A stretch of DNA of 63,194 nt, counting the filler, from Chiloscyllium plagiosum (Eukaryota): assembly GCF_004010195.1 (NCBI RefSeq). It is 5 parts of 5 records of this genome, joined end to end, with 100 filler letters (N's around TTAATTAATTAA, not from the genome) between each part and the next. Parts side by side here need not be neighbours in the genome. Positions count along the whole stretch, not along the records: positions 1 to 26,088 come from NW_025212331.1; 4 more parts are not named here. One strand, 5' to 3'. Below, in pieces: positions 11,060 to 24,220 of this stretch (position 1 is its first letter; every line of letters begins with the position of its first letter). The translations under genes and the position numbers were made by a program. The notes under the pieces were generated by a model that was not told the DNA's origin, searched no databases, and was given only the letters and a program-made list of their open reading frames with translations.

Positions 11060-13680
11060 TCTTTTGTGAGCAGGACTGAGAGTCTTACATGGTGTGCTGT
11101 CTACCTGGTGCCAAGGTAAGGGGCATCTTGAACCGGCTTGAAAGGTTATTGGAGTGGGGATGGTGGTGGTGACCATCCAGTTGTTGTTGTTGTGTTGGGA
11201 CCAACAACCTCAGCAAAAATAGGCAAAAGGCCCTATTTGGACAATATCAGGAAAGCTATCAGAAGTGTATTGATTAAACAGGTAGAGAGAAACAAGAAAG
11301 AGGTGAATACAGCATCAGTGCTGAGGAATAGATTCCAGTGAATGGACCAAATTAGAGTTCTATATACAAATGCTTGGAGCGTAAGGAATAAATTCAATAA
11401 TCTGCACACACAATTTCAAATTTAAGATTATGCTCAATTACTGAGACATATTTGCAGAATTGTTAGGATTGGGAATTAAATATATCAGGTTAGAAGGTTC
11501 ACAGGATGGACATGGGGAAATGACAGAAGAGTGGAGCAGCTTTATTGATTAGAAACAAAATGGCTTCAACAGTGAGGGAGGTTATACTGAGGGGAAAACA
11601 TTCAGTGCAACTGAGGAGCAGGAAAGGATCTAAAACTGTAATAGATATTGTGTGCAGACCCCCGGCAGCAGCTCTGAGATGCTGGATTGTATTAACGCAG
11701 GAATTAGGCAAGTCTGTAGCAAAGAGAGTGTATTATTAATGGGGAAGTTTAACCTTTAACTTAGATTGGGAGAGAGACAAGTACTCTGTCAGAAAGGTAG
11801 TGAATTTCTGGAGTGGATCTGGAATATTTTCCAACAGCAATAGGTCCTGGATGTAACAAGGGGACAAGAAATATTGGAATTAGTAATGAATAATGAATCA
11901 GATTTAGTTAGTANNNNNNNNNNNNNNNNNNNNNNNNNNNNNNNNNNNNNNNNNNNNNNNNNNNNNNNNNNNNNNNNNNNNNNNNNNNNNNNNNNNNNNN
12001 NNNNNNNNNNNNNNNNNNNNNNNNNNNNNNNNNNNNNNNNNNNNNNNNNNNNNNNNNNNNNNNNNNNNNNNNNNNNNNNNNNNNNNNNNNNNNNNNNNNN
12101 NNNNNNNNNNNNNNNNNNNNNNNNNNNNNNNNNNNNNNNNNNNNNNNNNNNNNNNNNNNNNNNNNNNNNNNNNNNNNNNNNNNNNNNNNNNNNNNNNNNN
12201 NNNNNNNNNNNNNNNNNNNNNNNNNNNNNNNNNNNNNNNNNNNNNNNNNNNNNNNNNNNNNNNNNNNNNNNNNNNNNNNNNNNNNNNNNNNNNNNNNNNN
12301 NNNNNNNNNNNNNNNNNNNNNNNNNNNNNNNNNNNNNNNNNNNNNNNNNNNNNNNNNNNNNNNNNNNNNNNNNNNNNNNNNNNNNNNNNNNNNNNNNNNN
12401 NNNNNNNNTGCCAGAGGAAGTGGTGGAGGCTGGTACAATTGAAACATTTAAGAGGCATTTGGATGGGTATATGAATAGGAAGGGTTTGGAGGGATACGGG
12501 CCGAGTGCTGGCAGGTGGGACTAAATTGGGTTGGGATATCTCGTTGGGTTGGACCTTAGGGTCTGTTTCCATGCTGTACATCTCTATGACTCTATGACTC
12601 TATATAAGGGATATCAAAAATCAATAAGAAGAAATGACACAGTTCCATAAAAGGGAAGCTGGGAGGTCAGGAGCAATGTTGGCCATTAAAGACTGAAAGT
12701 GAGGGATATTGTCAGTGACAATGGGGAAATAACAGCCATGTTCAATAAATACTTTACCTCCAGATTTTCAGTAGGAAAGGAGGAGGACTTGCCTGAAGTC
12801 CCAAAGGAATTAACAGAGAATCAGGGACAGGGACTGACAGCCATGTTAAATAAATACTTTACCTCCAGATTTTCCGTAGGAAAGGAGGAGGACTTGCCTG
12901 AAGTCCCAAAGGAATTAACAGAGAATCAGGGACTGAATAAAATTAATGTCAGTAAAATATCTGTCCTGAGGAACAAAAGAGTGACAAATCCTCAGGACCT
13001 GACAGTTTCCATCTGAGGGCGATAACGGTAGTAGCAGACCACATTGTAGACAGTCTGACTATAATCTTTCAGAGTTCCCTAGTTACAGGATTTGTACCTC
13101 TGGGTTTGAAAATTGCAAATGTCACTTCACTTTTAACAAGGATGTTAGAAAAAAGCCAGGGAATTATATGGCACTAAGCCAACATTTGTGGTGTCCAAAT
13201 TGTTGGGGTCTATAATCAAGGATGGGGGTAACTGAAGACCTTAAAAATGGTCAGTTAGTCAGGGAGAGTCAGTATGGATTCATGACAAGTTGCTCTCGCT
13301 GAAAAACCTCATTGAACATTTTTGAAGAAGAAACACAAGTCCTGGACACAGTAATGTCTATGGTTGTTGTTTACAGGGGCTTCCAGAAGGTATTTGATAA
13401 AGTCCCGTGTCAGAAACTGTCAACTCAGGTAGGATTCCACAGAATTGAGGCTAAAATACTGACATACTTGAAAATTGTTGAGTGACAGGCGACTGACAAT
13501 AGGGATAATGGGTAAGTGCTGAAATTGGCAGGAAGTGACCAGTGGTGTCCAATAGGAATGTGTGCTCTCGCCTCAATTAGTTACATTATTTATTCATGAC
13601 TTGCATAATGGCATAGAAAATTAGATATTTCAGTTTGCTCATGACACAAAGTTAGGCAGCATTGTAGATAGCATCAATAG
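11060..13680 (+). mobile_element. CR1 LINE fragments (ORF1 end, endonuclease, RT), gapped
   Basis: CLPGA, YTNA.SVRNK, GKFN, ESQYGF, FQKVFDKVP, FAHDTKLG motifs in broken frames. Confidence 0.75.
12732..12935 (+). repeat. 105-bp tandem duplication inside a CR1 fragment
   Basis: acagccatg.. repeats at 12732 and 12837; the peptide TAMxNKYFTSRFSVGKEEDLPEVPKELTENQG occurs twice. Confidence 0.9.
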
Positions 13681-13962
13681 TGTCATAGAGTCATACAGCA
13701 TTCATCCAGCGCAGTCTTTAACAGGGTATAATTTATTTTTGATATTCAGCTCCTTGATCTCCATCTCTCTCTTTCGCTCTCTCTCCCCTACCACCTCAGC
13801 TGCATAGATCTCACTCTGAGTTTCATCCCTCTTCCCCAAGCTTCAACCCCTCTCTCTCAGTGCTCCAACTCTCTCTCTCTCTCTCTCTCTGTCTCTCTGA
13901 GCTCCATCCCTCCCTCCGTTTGAGCTGCTGAGAGGCTGATCTGAGCCAATTTCAGTGAATCC

Positions 13963-14230
13963 CATGGAGAATAATGACAGAATATTTGGAGTGTGAGTTT
14001 GATGATGTAAATGTGAACCATTGCAACAAAGACATTACAGACGCTTTGTATAGACAGCAAAGCCCAAACCAGAACATTGTGTCAATCAACACAGAACCAA
14101 TGAAAGCTTCAATAGAAATCGTTATTAATGTGATTCTCAGAGATGTATCATTATTCTAGTTACAAATGGCTCTTTCACCTGTAAAGGTCCATCCTACGGA
14201 GTATTAGTTACAGCTGGGCGTTGGAGAAAG
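13963..14230 (+). repeat. Dispersed duplicate of 22100-22370, inverted orientation
   Basis: Colinear sequence similarity; ORFs 13974-14159(+) and 22172-22432(-) align end to end. Confidence 0.88.
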
Positions 14231-14469
14231 TTTGGGGAGTTGGAATCTAAGGTGGGAGAGTGTGACCTTGTTCACATTCAGAGTTATTATTTGAACGTGA
14301 TTGAAGCGTTCTTAAGTCCAAATAGCAAAACTCACCACTGATTATAATCTATTAGGTGTGACAAATACAGAAACTCACTTAGTTCTAGTTGTCAGCGAGT
14401 ACTTGTCAATATCCGTTTAACAAAACAATTTTAGATACACTACCAACCTAGATACACTACTACACTAGT

Positions 14470-14785
14470 GGGCGGCACGGTGGTACAGTGGTTAGCACTG
14501 CTGCCTCGCAGCGTCAGAGACCCGGGTTCAATTCCCGCCTCAGGCGACTGACTGTGTGGAGTTTGCACGTTCTCCCCGTGTCTGCGTGGGTTTCCTCCGG
14601 GTGCTCCAGTTTCCTCCCACAGTCCAAAGATGTGCAGGTCAGGTGAATTGGCCATGCTAAATTGCCCATAGTGTTAGGTAAGGGGTAAATGTAGGGGTAT
14701 GGGTGGGTTGCGCTTCGGCGGGTCGGTGTGGACTTGTTGGGCCGAAGGGCCTGGTTCCACACTGTAAATAATCTAATCTAATCAA
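14470..14785 (+). mobile_element. Full-length HE1-type tRNA-derived SINE
   Basis: GGGCGGCACGGTGG..AGTGGTTAGCACTG (A box), GGTTCAATTCC (B box), conserved core, (AATCT)n tail. Confidence 0.92.
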
Positions 14786-16364
14786 CCCTATCTATGTAAT
14801 CATTCCTCAATGGGGAATGAATCTGGTTTTGTGACTATATTCACTTTCCTAGAGTCAACAATGAATCAAATTGAACAGTTTGGTTCAGGATCCAATACTA
14901 CAGGAGAACTCCAATTACTCTGACTTGGTTCAATCAACTGATTCTCCAACATGGAAGCGCTCTGTTACATTGGCCGGTTTCTGTTGGTGTTTGTTTCATT
15001 GTGTCTGAATTACCAAATCCATGTCATATTTGATTCATGTGATACATCCAAGTATATAAATACATGTCCATAAGATAAAGGAGCATAATTGGGCCATTTG
15101 GCCCATCAAGTCTGGTCCACCTTTCATTTACAGTTGATAATGTTTTTAAATCCTATTCTCTCACCTTTTCCCTATAAATCTTCATTCTTTGACTAATCAA
15201 GAGCCAATTTATCTCAAATACACTCAATGACTCAGCCTCCACAACTCAGTTCAAAAGGTTGTCTCTTCACTCTGAGGCTGTTCCCTCGGGTCTTCAATCT
15301 CTCCTATGATTGGAAACATCTTCTCCATGTCCACTCTACCCAGGCCTCTCTGTATTCTGTAAGTTTNNNNNNNNNNNNNNNNNNNNNNNNNNNNNNNNNN
15401 NNNNNNNNNNNNNNNNNNNNNNNNNNNNNNNNNNNNNNNNNNNNNNNNNNNNNNNNNNNNNNNNNNNNNNNNNNNNNNNNNNNNNNNNNNNNNNNNNNNN
15501 NNNNNNNNNNNNNNNNNNNNNNNNNNNNNNNNNNNNNNNNNNNNNNNNNNNNNNNNNNNNNNNNNNNNNNNNNNNNNNNNNNNNNNNNNNNNNNNNNNNN
15601 NNNNNNNNNNNNNNNNNNNNNNNNNNNNNNNNNNNNNNNNNNNNNNNNNNNNNNNNNNNNNNNNNNNNNNNNNNNNNNNNNNNNNNNNNNNNNNNNNNNN
15701 NNNNNNNNNNNNNNNNNNNNNNNNNNNNNNNNNNNNNNNNNNNNNNNNNNNNNNNNNNNNNNNNNNNNNNNNNNNNNNNNNNNNNNNNNNNNNNNNNNNN
15801 NNNNNNNNNNNNNNNNNNNNNNNNNNNNNNNNNNNNNNNNNNNNNNNNNNNNNNNNNNNNNNNNNNNNNNNNNNNNNNNNNNNNNNNNNNNNNNNNNNNN
15901 NNNNNNNNNNNNNNNNNNNNNNNNNNNNNNNNNNNNNNNNNNNNNNNNNNNNNNNNNNNNNNNNNNNNNNNNNNNNNNNNNNNNNNNNNNNNNNNNNNNN
16001 NNNNNNNNNNNNNNNNNNNNNNNNNNNNNNNNNNNNNNNNNNNNNNNNNNNNNNNNNNNNNNNNNNNNNNNNNNNNNNNNNNNNNNNNNNNNNNNNNNNN
16101 NNNNNNNNNNNNNNNNNNNNNNNNNNNNNNNNNNNNNNNNNNNNNNNNNNNNNNNNNNNNNNNNNNNNNNNNNNNNNNNNNNNNNNNNNNNNNNNNNNNN
16201 NNNNNNNNNNNNNNNNNNNNNNNNNNNNNNNNNNNNNNNNNNNNNNNNNNNNNNNNNNNNNNNNNNNNNNNNNNNNNNNNNNNNNNNNNNNNNNNNNNNN
16301 NNNNNNNNNNNNNNNNNNNNNNNNNNNNNNNNNNNNNNNNNNNNNNNNNNNNNNNNNNNNNNNN

Positions 16365-17900
16365 GCTCCTCTGCCTATCATGTCAATGCTGACCAGTAAA
16401 CATCAAACTACACTAATCACCCCCATTTGCCTGCACTTGGTCCATAGCCTTCCATGCCCTGGCGTTTTATGTGCTCGTCTGGATATGTCTTAAATGTTGT
16501 AAGAGGAACTGCCTCCACCACCTTCTCAGGCAGCACATTCCATATTTCTACCACCCTCTGGGGAAAAATAAATCCTCAAAACCCCCCTAAACCACTTTTT
16601 CATCATGTTAAGCTTATTCCCTTAGGTCTTAGACATGTCTACCATGGGGAAAAGATTATCACGATCGACTTTGTCTGTGCCTTTCATATTTTTGTATCCC
16701 CCAATCAGATTGCTCTGTACTTCCTCTGCTCTAAGGAAAACAAACTCAGTTTATCCAGTCTCTCCTCACAACCAACACATTCCATTTGAAGCAACATCCT
16801 GGTGAATCTCCTCGACAGCCTCTCCAATCCAATCATGTCCTTCCGACAGTGTCATGACCAGCACTGTACACAGTATTCCAGATATGGCCTAACCAATGCT
16901 CTGTAAAGTAACAACAAGACTTCCTTGCTCCTATATTCTAAACCCTGGCTCATGATGGCAAGCATCCCGTATGCCTTCTTCACCACCCTGTCTAGCTGTG
17001 CTGATACCTTCCGGAATCGATGGACGTGTACATCAAGGTCCCTTTGTTCCTCAGCATTCCCAAGGAACATAAGAACTAGAAGCAGGAGTAGGCCATCTGG
17101 CCCTTCGAGCCTGCTCCAACATTCAATAACACCATGGCTGATCTTTTCATAGACTCAGCTCCATTTACCCACGCTCTCACCATATCTCTTAATCCCTTTA
17201 TTGTTAAAAAAAAACTGTCTTACCTTTAAAATGTTTCCTGAAGTGACATAAATTTCTTCACGGGGCAAGGAATTTAAAAGATTTATGACCCTCTGGGTGA
17301 AGAAGTTCCTTCTCAATTTCGTCCTAAATCTGCTTCCCCTAATTTTGAGGCTATGCCCTTTTGTTTTAGTTTCACCTGCCAGTGGAAACATCCTCTCTAT
17401 TCTGTCTTATCTATTCTCTTCATAATTTTATATGTCTCTATAAGATCCCCCCTCATTCTTCTAAGTTCCAATGAATATATCCCAGTCTACTCAGTTTCCT
17501 CTCATAAGCCAACCCCCTCAACTCCAGAATCAACCTGGCGAACCTTCTCTGTATACCTTCTAATGCCAGTACATCCTTTCTCAACTAAGCAGAACATAAC
17601 TGCACGCAGTACTCCAGGTGTAGCCTCACCAGCACCCTGTACAGCTGCAACATAACCTCCCTGCTTTTTAAACTCAATCGCTGTAGCAATGAAGGGCAAA
17701 ATTCCATTTGCCCTCTGAATTGCTTGTTGTACCTGTCGACCTCTATGATTCATGCACAAGGACACCCAAGGCACATATCTTTTATTGTGTTTATCCTTCC
17801 CTCATTAGAACTCCCAAATCGGATCACCTCACATGGATCAGGATTAAATTCCATCTGCCATTGCTCTGCCCAATTTACCAGCTGATCAATATCAGACTGT
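16365..17900 (-). mobile_element. Nested CR1 LINE 3' fragments
   Basis: YRALVRPYLEYCVQCWS and KLRRNFFTQRVINL motifs; a second copy lies inside the first (about 17065-17770). Confidence 0.85.
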
Positions 17901-18169
17901 AGTCTGAGACCCAGTAATCCAAGATGGCAGCAGAGTAGGATGCTTCAGACTGAGTTCATCTGCTCCATCTGTTTCCTTTTCTTCTTTCTATTCCACCATT
18001 TCTTTTCCTTTTATTTTGTCCTTCTCGCTATTTCCTCTCCTGGCCATGGACTCCCAGCCTCAGACACCAGGTCTCCGACCAGTGCAGACTCACTGAGATG
18101 GCCTCTGGGCTTGATGTGGCGGTGTCCTGGCCTGGCAGGGAGACATCCCAGCCTGGTGAGGAAGACTCT

Positions 18170-18392
18170 TGGTTCAACATGGTAGTCTCTCGGTTCGATG
18201 TAGTGCCCTCTCAGTTCGATGTGGTGGCCTCTCGGTCCAAGATGGTGGCCTCTCAGTTCGATCTGGTAGCATCTCGGCCCAGCATGTTGGCTTCTTGACC
18301 TAACATGGCGATCTGTCAGTGGCTCAGCATGGTTGTCTCTTGGCCCACAGGGTGGTCTCTTGCTGTATAATGGTGGTCTCTTGGCCCACACG
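18170..18392 (+). repeat. Degenerate 21-bp minisatellite
   Basis: Units like GTGGTGGCCTCTCGGTTCGAT; explains the periodic peptide in ORF 18011-18391. Confidence 0.8.
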
Positions 18393-19549
18393 GCCTCAGT
18401 GTGGACTTTTGGTCAGGAGACGATGACTCAAAATATGATCCCATGGCAGCTGTGTGCTTAAAGGAAGACTAATGATTGAATTTCTTTATTTTCTATTTAA
18501 AACTGAAAGGGTCTGAAATGTGTAACTTTTAACTTTAATCTTTCTTTCTACCTTTTTCTTAAGATTCTGTACCTCGGTCCTTGTATCGAAGATGGCATGT
18601 TGCAAGGCGACATTACATACACTTCTCTGTATTCCTATATTTTTGTACTTGAGTCCATGTGACAATAAAGTAAAAATCAAATCAAAATCAACAACACCAC
18701 CAATTTATGTGGCATCTGAAAACTTTCTAATTAAACAATTGCAGTGAATTTGTTACAAATAGAAAGTGTCGCAGCCCTAATCCCTGTCATATACCACTGG
18801 TCACAGGCTTCCAATCACAAAGACAGCCCTCCACCATCACTCTTTGCCTCATATTTGGAAGGAGAAAGTGAGGACTGCCGATGCTGGAGATCAGAGCTGA
18901 AAAATGTGTTGCTGGAAAAGCGCAGCAGGTCAGGCAGCATCAAACGCTTAAGCCCGAAACATCGATTCTCCTGCAAAAAACACTTAGGCCCGAAACGTCG
19001 ATTCTCCTGCCCCTTTGATGCTGCCTGACCTGCTGTGCTTTTCCAACAACACATTTATCAGCTCATATTTGGAAGCCCCTTTTGGATCCAATTTGCCAAC
19101 TTGCCTTGGATCCCATGGGCCCTTACCATCTGGATTGCCTTTCATATGGGACCTTGGTCAAACAAATCAATACTGGCATCCCTACCTCTCCAAGTATTGC
19201 TTAATCCTGTACTTCAAGATTTTTTTCTAATAATTTCCCTCACACGGAAATCAGACTATCTGGTCTGTAATTGCCTGGCCTATCCCTGTTGCCCTCCTTG
19301 AACAAAGGAACCACATTGACAATCCTCCAGTCTGGCACTTCACCTGTGGCCAGCGAAGTATTAACCAAGGAAAAGGCAATCAAACTTTAAGACAATTAAT
19401 TGAAAAATACAGTTCAGTTAAACCTAAAGATGCAATAGAGAAATGAATCCCTTCTCCCTGTTACTTGAGTATTATAAAGCAATGACATTCGAAAAGGAAG
19501 GATTTTATTTTACTGTGTGTTTTGGAATCTTTTGAATTTGTGTTTTTGA

Positions 19550-19856
19550 TTAGATTAGATTCCCTACAGTGTAGAAACAGGCCCTTTGGCCCAACCAGTC
19601 CCCACCAACCCTCCAAAGAATAATCTACCCAGACCCATTTCCTTCTGACTAATGCACCCAGCACCATGGGCAGTTTAGCATGGCCAATTCACCTAACCTG
19701 CACATCTTTGGACTATGGGAGGAAACCTGAGCACCCAGAGGAAACCCACAGAGACATGGGAGAATGTGCAAACTCTGCACAGACAGTCACCCAAGGCTGG
19801 AATGGATTCTGGTGCTGTGAGGCAGCAGTGCTAACCACTGAGCCACCATGCCACCC
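19550..19856 (-). mobile_element. HE1-type SINE
   Basis: Reverse complement of the SINE consensus with its tail. Confidence 0.85.
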
Positions 19857-20465
19857 CACATACTTTCTGTCAGTATGTTTTATCTTCATTTCTTTTGTGT
19901 AAGGAGGTNNNNNNNNNNNNNNNNNNNNNNNNNNNNNNNNNNNNNNNNNNNNNNNNNNNNNNNNNNNNNNNNNNNNNNNNNNNNNNNNNNNNNNNNNNNN
20001 NNNNNNNNNNNNNNNNNNNNNNNNNNNNNNNNNNNNNNNNNNNNNNNNNNNNNNNNNNNNNNNNNNNNNNNNNNNNNNNNNNNNNNNNNNNNNNNNNNNN
20101 NNNNNNNNNNNNNNNNNNNNNNNNNNNNNNNNNNNNNNNNNNNNNNNNNNNNNNNNNNNNNNNNNNNNNNNNNNNNNNNNNNNNNNNNNNNNNNNNNNNN
20201 NNNNNNNNNNNNNNNNNNNNNNNNNNNNNNNNNNNNNNNNNNNNNNNNNNNNNNNNNNNNNNNNNNNNNNNNNNNNNNNNNNNNNNNNNNNNNNNNNNNN
20301 NNNNNNNNNNNNNNNNNNNNNNNNNNNNNNNNNNNNNNNNNNNNNNNNNNNNNNNNNNNNNNNNNNNNNNNNNNNNNNNNNNNNNNNNNNNNNNNNNNNN
20401 NNNNNNNNNNNNNNNNNNNNNNNNNNNNNNNNNNNNNNNNNNNNNNNNNNNNNNNNNNNNNNNNN

Positions 20466-21600
20466 TAGTGGGATTATGTTAGCCACCCTCCAATCCATAG
20501 AAACTGCTCCAGAGTCTAGAATTCTGAAAGATGACCACAAGTGCAGCTATTCTTTCTAGTGCCACTTTCCTCAGTATTCTGGGGTGAGGGGATCAGGCTG
20601 CCAAAGATATTTTATGGATCCTCTTTGCCTTCCAATTTTTTAAGTAAATCCCCACACTTTCTCTCCTCCTGAAGTTCCTCCCCTGTGTTTGATGCTCTGT
20701 ACTTGACATATGCTTCCTTCTTTTTCTTTCTCAAACTATCCATGTCCCTTGACATCCAGGATCCCAGGAGTTGCTGTGCTTGCCTTTCTTTCTGAGCTGG
20801 CCCTAAATTCTCACTGTCTCACATTAAAAAGATTCCCACTTTCCAAATGTAAGTACCTGTAAGTAGCTGCTCCCAGTCTATATTTGCCAGATCCTGTCTA
20901 ATGTCTTTGAAATTGGCCTTGCCTCACTTTAGACATTTAAGTTCTGCACTACCCTTATTCCTTTCCATAATAACGATGAAACATATGGAGTTATGTTCAC
21001 TATCTCCAAAATGCTCACCCACTGACTCTCCAACCATTTGATCGGCTTCCTTACCCAGGATTGAGTCCAGCACTGTCCATGTTTAGCGGGACTATCTATG
21101 TACTGGCACCAAAAGCTCTCCTGGATGGACTTTAAACATTCCACCATTCACACAAAGGCAATGCCAGTTCATGTTAGAGAAGTTGAAATTCCCCACTAAT
21201 ATAACCCTATTCCTCTTATACCTCTCTGTGATTTGCCAACTTATCTGCTCCTCTCTCTCCGCCTGACTATTGGGAGGCCTGTAGTACAATCCCAGCAAAG
21301 TGATTGTCCTTTTTTTATTTCTAGCTCTACCCAGATGGCCTCATTTGAAGAGCTTTCCAAGAAATGCTCCTTCAATCCTGCAGTGATGGTGTCCTTTATC
21401 AATAATGCAATACACCCACCTCTCTGCCATTCTCTCTATCCCACCTGAGACTTCTCTACCCTGGAATTTTGAGCTGCCAATCCTATCTTTCTTCAATCAT
21501 GTCTCAGCAATTGCAACAATATGATATTCCCACGTGCTGGTCAATGCTCTCAGTTCAACCACCTTACTAGTCAAGTTCCTTTCATTAAAATACATGCAGT
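20466..21600 (-). mobile_element. CR1 LINE endonuclease region, degraded
   Basis: LGLYYRPPNS, VILVGNFNF, DWRVANIIPL motifs. Confidence 0.85.
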
Positions 21601-22334
21601 TCAGCTTTCTGGTCCTCCTATGTTCTGGATACTGTCCTACTGGTTATCCAGTGGTTTTCTGTGTCGCCCTTATTCTCCCATGAAGAGAAACATCCAGCAT
21701 TTCGCCTGTCAAGCCCCATAAGAATTCTGTACATTTCAATGAGATTACTTTTCATTCTTCTAAACTCCAGTGATCAGCTTCCAAACCTGTTTGACCTTTG
21801 CCCATAAGACAATCGCTCTATACCAGGAATCAGTCAAAGGAACCATCTCTGAACTACATCCAATGCAGCTCCTGTCCTTTCTTCAATAAGGAGCCTGATA
21901 CTGGACACCATACTCCAGATGTGCTCTCACCAAGCCCCTAACCCTAACCCCTGTACAGCTGCAGTAAAATATCCCTGCTTTTAGATTGCATTCCCTTTAC
22001 AAGGAGCACCAACACTCCATCTGCCTCCAGATTCAATTGCTGTCGCTGCGTACTAACTTTGTGATTCATGTCTCCCACATTACATTCCATCTGCCCAATA
22101 TCTCTCCAAAGCCCAGCTGTATCTAATATTCAGCAGGGTGGATCCCTTCACTGGGAAAGAGTCAATTGTAACTAGAATAATGACATATCTCTGAGAATCA
22201 CATTAATAATCATTTTTATTGAAGCATTCATGAGTTTTGTGTTGATTGACACAATGCTCTGGTTTGGGCTTTGCTGTCTGTACAAACCATCTGTAATGTC
22301 TTTGCTGCAATGGTCCACATTTACATCATCAAAC

Positions 22335-22576
22335 TCACACTCCAAATATCCCGTCATTCTTCTCCAAGGCTGAAGAATACGGCCCTGGCTGATTCTTTCC
22401 CTGCAGCAAGGGATCCAGTGGAATGTCATCATTGGAATCGATATTTGAGAGAAACAGGTCCACTCCGGATCTGGATATCAGTTTTGGGAATGTGCTGGAA
22501 TGCTGGATCTGAAGGTGGAGTCTCGTCCAGAATTGGGAAAATACAACAATGAGAATCCAATCAGACAGAGCATTGT
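22335..22576 (-). other. Candidate terminal coding exon of an unidentified gene
   Basis: Strong acceptor ctcctccttcccttcctcccag|, then 79 open codons in phase 1 (NALSDWILIVVFSQFWTRL..EKNDGIFGV*). Confidence 0.3.
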
Positions 22577-22626
22577 CTGGGAGGAAGGGAAGGAGGAGCT
22601 GTCTCTCTCTCTCTATCGCTTTCTCC

Positions 22627-22662
<36 letters not shown>

Positions 22663-23063
22663 TGCTCTCTCTCTTTCCCCTTCCTTCTCTTTGTCTTTGC
22701 CTCACCTCATCTCTCCCTCTCCTTCTCTCTCAGTGTTGATGCTGACTTCAACCTCTGAAGGAGTTCTCTGTGGGTCAGTGTTTAATCGAAGGGGCTGGGT
22801 GTCAGTATATTTTCAATGCTGTAGGGTTTATGAGCATGGGGGGAGGGGATTCAGGCTCCATTATTTGACGTCAGACAGTAATGCCTGACCCAGTGGGTCA
22901 GACTGTTATGCTGCTGTTTGCTGGCACTGACACTATGATATTGATTGCAATGTCACTCAGTGTGACAGGAGGTTACATGGCTTGACCAGTCGTGAGGGAG
23001 GAGCAGACTGAACAAGGAGCTGCAATCATTAGCCATGTTTGAAACCCTTCACACAGCCCTTAC

Positions 23064-23119
23064 CTTCCAGAAACTTCTTCACCAAAGATTCTTTCAGCTC
23101 CTTCATGCCAGCCCTGGAG
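23064..23119 (-). other. Candidate 56-nt internal exon of an unidentified gene
   Basis: Acceptor ttctctttttcccttttcag| and donor AAG|GTAAGG; open as SRAGMKELKESLVKKFLE. Confidence 0.4.
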
Positions 23120-23399
23120 CTGAAAAGGGAAAAAGAGAAAGGCACCTTTTCGAGAGGCTCCTGGACACAATGTACACTGTGTATTCCCCATTAATGACAC
23201 TCCATCCATCCACATTGAACTCATTGTTGAAGCTGCAGCCCAGCTCCTGTTCCTATCTGAATGTTACATTCAAAGTGACAGAGAAGGTTCCAGTACAGGA
23301 GGAGGCTGTTCAGCCCCTTGTGTCAGTGCTAGCTGTTTACTAACCTCATTCACAATGAATATCTCCATTGAATGTCTCTTGTTAGGAAGTGATTGAATC

Positions 23400-24182
23400 T
23401 GGTTTTAGATCCAGAATGTCTGACAAATATGAACTGCTCAGAGAGAGTCAGCGTGGATTTAAACAGGGTCAGACATCTTTTACTAACCCAGTTACATTTT
23501 TTAAAGAGGTCACTAATGTGTGAGATAAGGGAATGCCAATGGGTGCTATTTATTTGGACTTCCAGATGACATTTGAGGAAGTTTAGGGCAGCACGGTGGC
23601 TCAGTGGTTAGCAGTGCTGTCTCACAGCACCAGGGTCCCAGGTTCGATTCCAGCCTTGAGCGATTGTGTGGAGTTTGCACATTCTCCCATGTCTGTGCGG
23701 GTTTCCTCCCACAGTCCAAAGATGTGCAGGTCATGTGAATTGGCCAAGCTAAATTGTCCATACTGTTAAGTGCATCAGTCAGAGGGAAATGGGTCTGGGT
23801 GGGTTACTCTTCAGAGGGTTCTAAAAAAGTTCCACACAATCTAAAAAAAAGTTCCACACAACTGTTATTATGTTCTAATTGAAACAAAGAGATGAAGACC
23901 AATTATAAACTTATTCTGAACCTTTCTGCGCAAATGAATTCTCAAATATATCTCAAAAATATTGTTGACCCCAATGCTTTGTCAGAGCAAGGTACTGAAG
24001 GAAATCAGTGTTTGGATGGAAATGGTTCTGCAAAAATTAAAGTTTGTTAAATCAGCAGGGACAAATAATCTAGTTTCCAAGTACTTTAGGACATGGTTGT
24101 AAAGTATTGGAAACATTGATGGTTATCTGTTTGTGGAATAGTCCTACAGAGTGGAGGGCAGCTAATGTAACACATCAATTGA

Positions 24183-24220
<38 letters not shown>

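Noticed and set aside
14470-14545. tRNA gene
   Set aside because: The A/B boxes are the tRNA-derived head of an HE1-type SINE present in many copies.
3616-20540. Long ORFs spanning N runs (e.g. 3616-4839, 11874-12524, 15227-16399, 19713-20540)
   Set aside because: Artefacts of translating assembly gaps.
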